A stretch of 64,000 nucleotides of DNA from positions 28,668,307 through 28,732,306 of the forward strand of contig OZ316892.1 of the NCBI GenBank assembly GCA_973895155.1. Reading direction: 5' to 3'. The DNA comes from Marsupella aquatica. Its lineage: Eukaryota; Plantae; Marchantiophyta. A program made the position numbers and the translations under genes. Under the pieces are notes generated by a model. The model saw only the letters and a list, made by a program, of their open reading frames with translations, was not told the origin of the DNA and searched no databases. Below are positions 62,276-64,000 of this stretch, one piece after another. The stretch's first letter is position 1; every line of letters begins with the position of its first letter.

Positions 62276-64000
62276 TTATACGGGCTTCCAAAACGGCAGA
62301 ACTTTCTTCTGCTTGTTGGCGCAATCAACAAACCGAGAACCAGCCAGCATTTTAAAAGGAGGAACAAGGAGGTTATCCTTGTTTTTGTAATACTCTTCAC
62401 CATTGACCGCAGTGACTGGAGCTGGATACTTGAGAGAAAGTTGCTGTTTATTGTTCAAAATGGTCACGTACAGAAAGTCCCGGCACACCTCTTTAATGAG
62501 GTCCCTCATTTCTATGTTGTCTGTCCATTTCCTTGGAATTGCAGCTTCTCCATATAATGCCCCTACCAGATTTCCTGTGATGGCACCTGTGCTATCTGAA
62601 TCTCCACCGTGATTCACTGAGTAGCGGAGTGCCTGCTCCACATCTTTATCCTTTTGGGTAATAAGAGCACAGTAAAGGGAAAATCCCAAAGCTTCTTCAG
62701 CGACAACACCTCGTCCCAAGCTTTCTAAGTGTCTCAAAACAACCTTTTGCTTGAGGAGTTCTGCTTCGGTTGTAGGCTCTGTCTCCTCAAACTCTTGCAA
62801 GAACTCCAAGGCCAGCTTCTTGGCTTCAACCATCTTGTAAAGAGTCTCTTCATGATTCGGCTCGTTCTCCAGAAGTTCTATCGTTTGGTTTATGGCGTGG
62901 ACGAGCATATCACCTGTAAATTACACTTCATACGCTTTAACTTGAGCGTTTTTGGTTCACCGAAAAGACAATTGACTACCTAGAAAATGATTAGAAAAGT
63001 TAAAAGGTCTGGACGTACCTGACAGAATTCTTGAGATTATAGCTGCTAGACAACCAGAAGCGAGCCATCCCGAAGGATGAGTATGGGTAATGGCGGCAGC
63101 CAAGCAACCCAATTTGAAGGCGAGCTCTGCCCTTTCATTATGTGAAAAGAAGGAAAATGCACTATGCACAAATAGCCCGCATGGGGCAACTCGCTTTATC
63201 CCACCGCAACCTGAAACTCAATGATGTCTGTTGTGAGTTGAAGCAGAAAATTGCGGGACGGTGAGTGACCAATTGACGTTTTGATTTCCTATTTAATGAG
63301 TAGGCAGGCTAAGCAATAACGATGATACCTTTGCTCTGGTTAATCTCATTGTAGGTGGTGCCAATAGCTCCACTCTTTAAACTCTTTCTGCACGTCTGTC
63401 CTGGACCTCTTCTGTGCTGTAATCCTTCTTCATTCACTAGCATTCCCTTGTCCTTCACCTCATGGAACAGAGGGCTTTGGGACTCTTCGCTCTGTGTGGC
63501 CAACCACCTCAAGTATGATTGATGAAGGCCAGGGAGAGCATCTTCCGCTTGAAATGTACTCAGATCTGTGTTCCATGAGAGAAGTGACAGGATGGTTGAC
63601 AGCAATCCTTCCGCAGTGAACAATGTCATCTGAGTGTCGTCTGTGAATGTGGCCTTCCCGTCCACTGTGATGATAAGCTCTCTTGTTCCTGCATGGAGAC
63701 CAATATTTGGAACTTTGTGAGCACAGGACAGGCCGGACGCTGAGCTTGCTTGCAATACCCTTGAAGCACGGAGAAGGAAAGAAATGTGGTTGATGAGCAA
63801 GTGGTTAATCTGTTACATCCATTCACGGAGAGAAATGTGAAAACCGGTGAGAAACATGCACTTGCAAAAGAGGAAGCCAGAAAGAGCTGTCCCACCTAAC
63901 GGACCATACTCTTGAAAAATCTGGTCCAAGTCTAGAAGCTCGACCGGCTCTCCCAAAGCATCTCCACAAGCTCCGGCTAGCAAGCACCCCGCAAATCGGT
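62276..64000 (-). CDS. ADP-ribosylglycohydrolase (DraG/ARH family), 5' end outside the window. Exons 63896-64000, 63329-63688, 63019-63210, 62276-62913
   Basis: [50 protein letters not shown] and [22 protein letters not shown]. Three GT-AG phase-1 introns restore the frame. Confidence 0.92.

Overview
Eukaryotic, intron-containing, transposon-rich DNA from a land plant, most consistent with a non-seed plant such as a bryophyte (inference from gene content). Host genes: a small two-exon membrane-protein gene (1241-1752), an SC35-type SR splicing factor (4966-8297, with a GC-AG intron), an RNF10/Mag2-type RING E3 ligase with a PAM2 motif (17954-23087), a Cys-rich orphan ORF (26124-27125), a small plant-family ORF (29704-30195) and the 3' part of an intron-containing, bacterial-type ADP-ribosylglycohydrolase (62276-64000). 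An 11.9-kb non-autonomous Helitron (32093-44008) carries two nested LTR elements, both with target-site duplications (TSDs). Also present are a solo LTR, a second Helitron, a truncated CRE-like retrotransposon, a tRNA-type SINE and several MITEs. The most unusual part is 46-57.5 kb: an intronless secreted PAF-acetylhydrolase-like hydrolase, an intronless orphan ORF and a decayed gene with a fungal-type VCRQIY motif together suggest a horizontally acquired fungal block. All family assignments come from motif recognition by eye; no database search was run.
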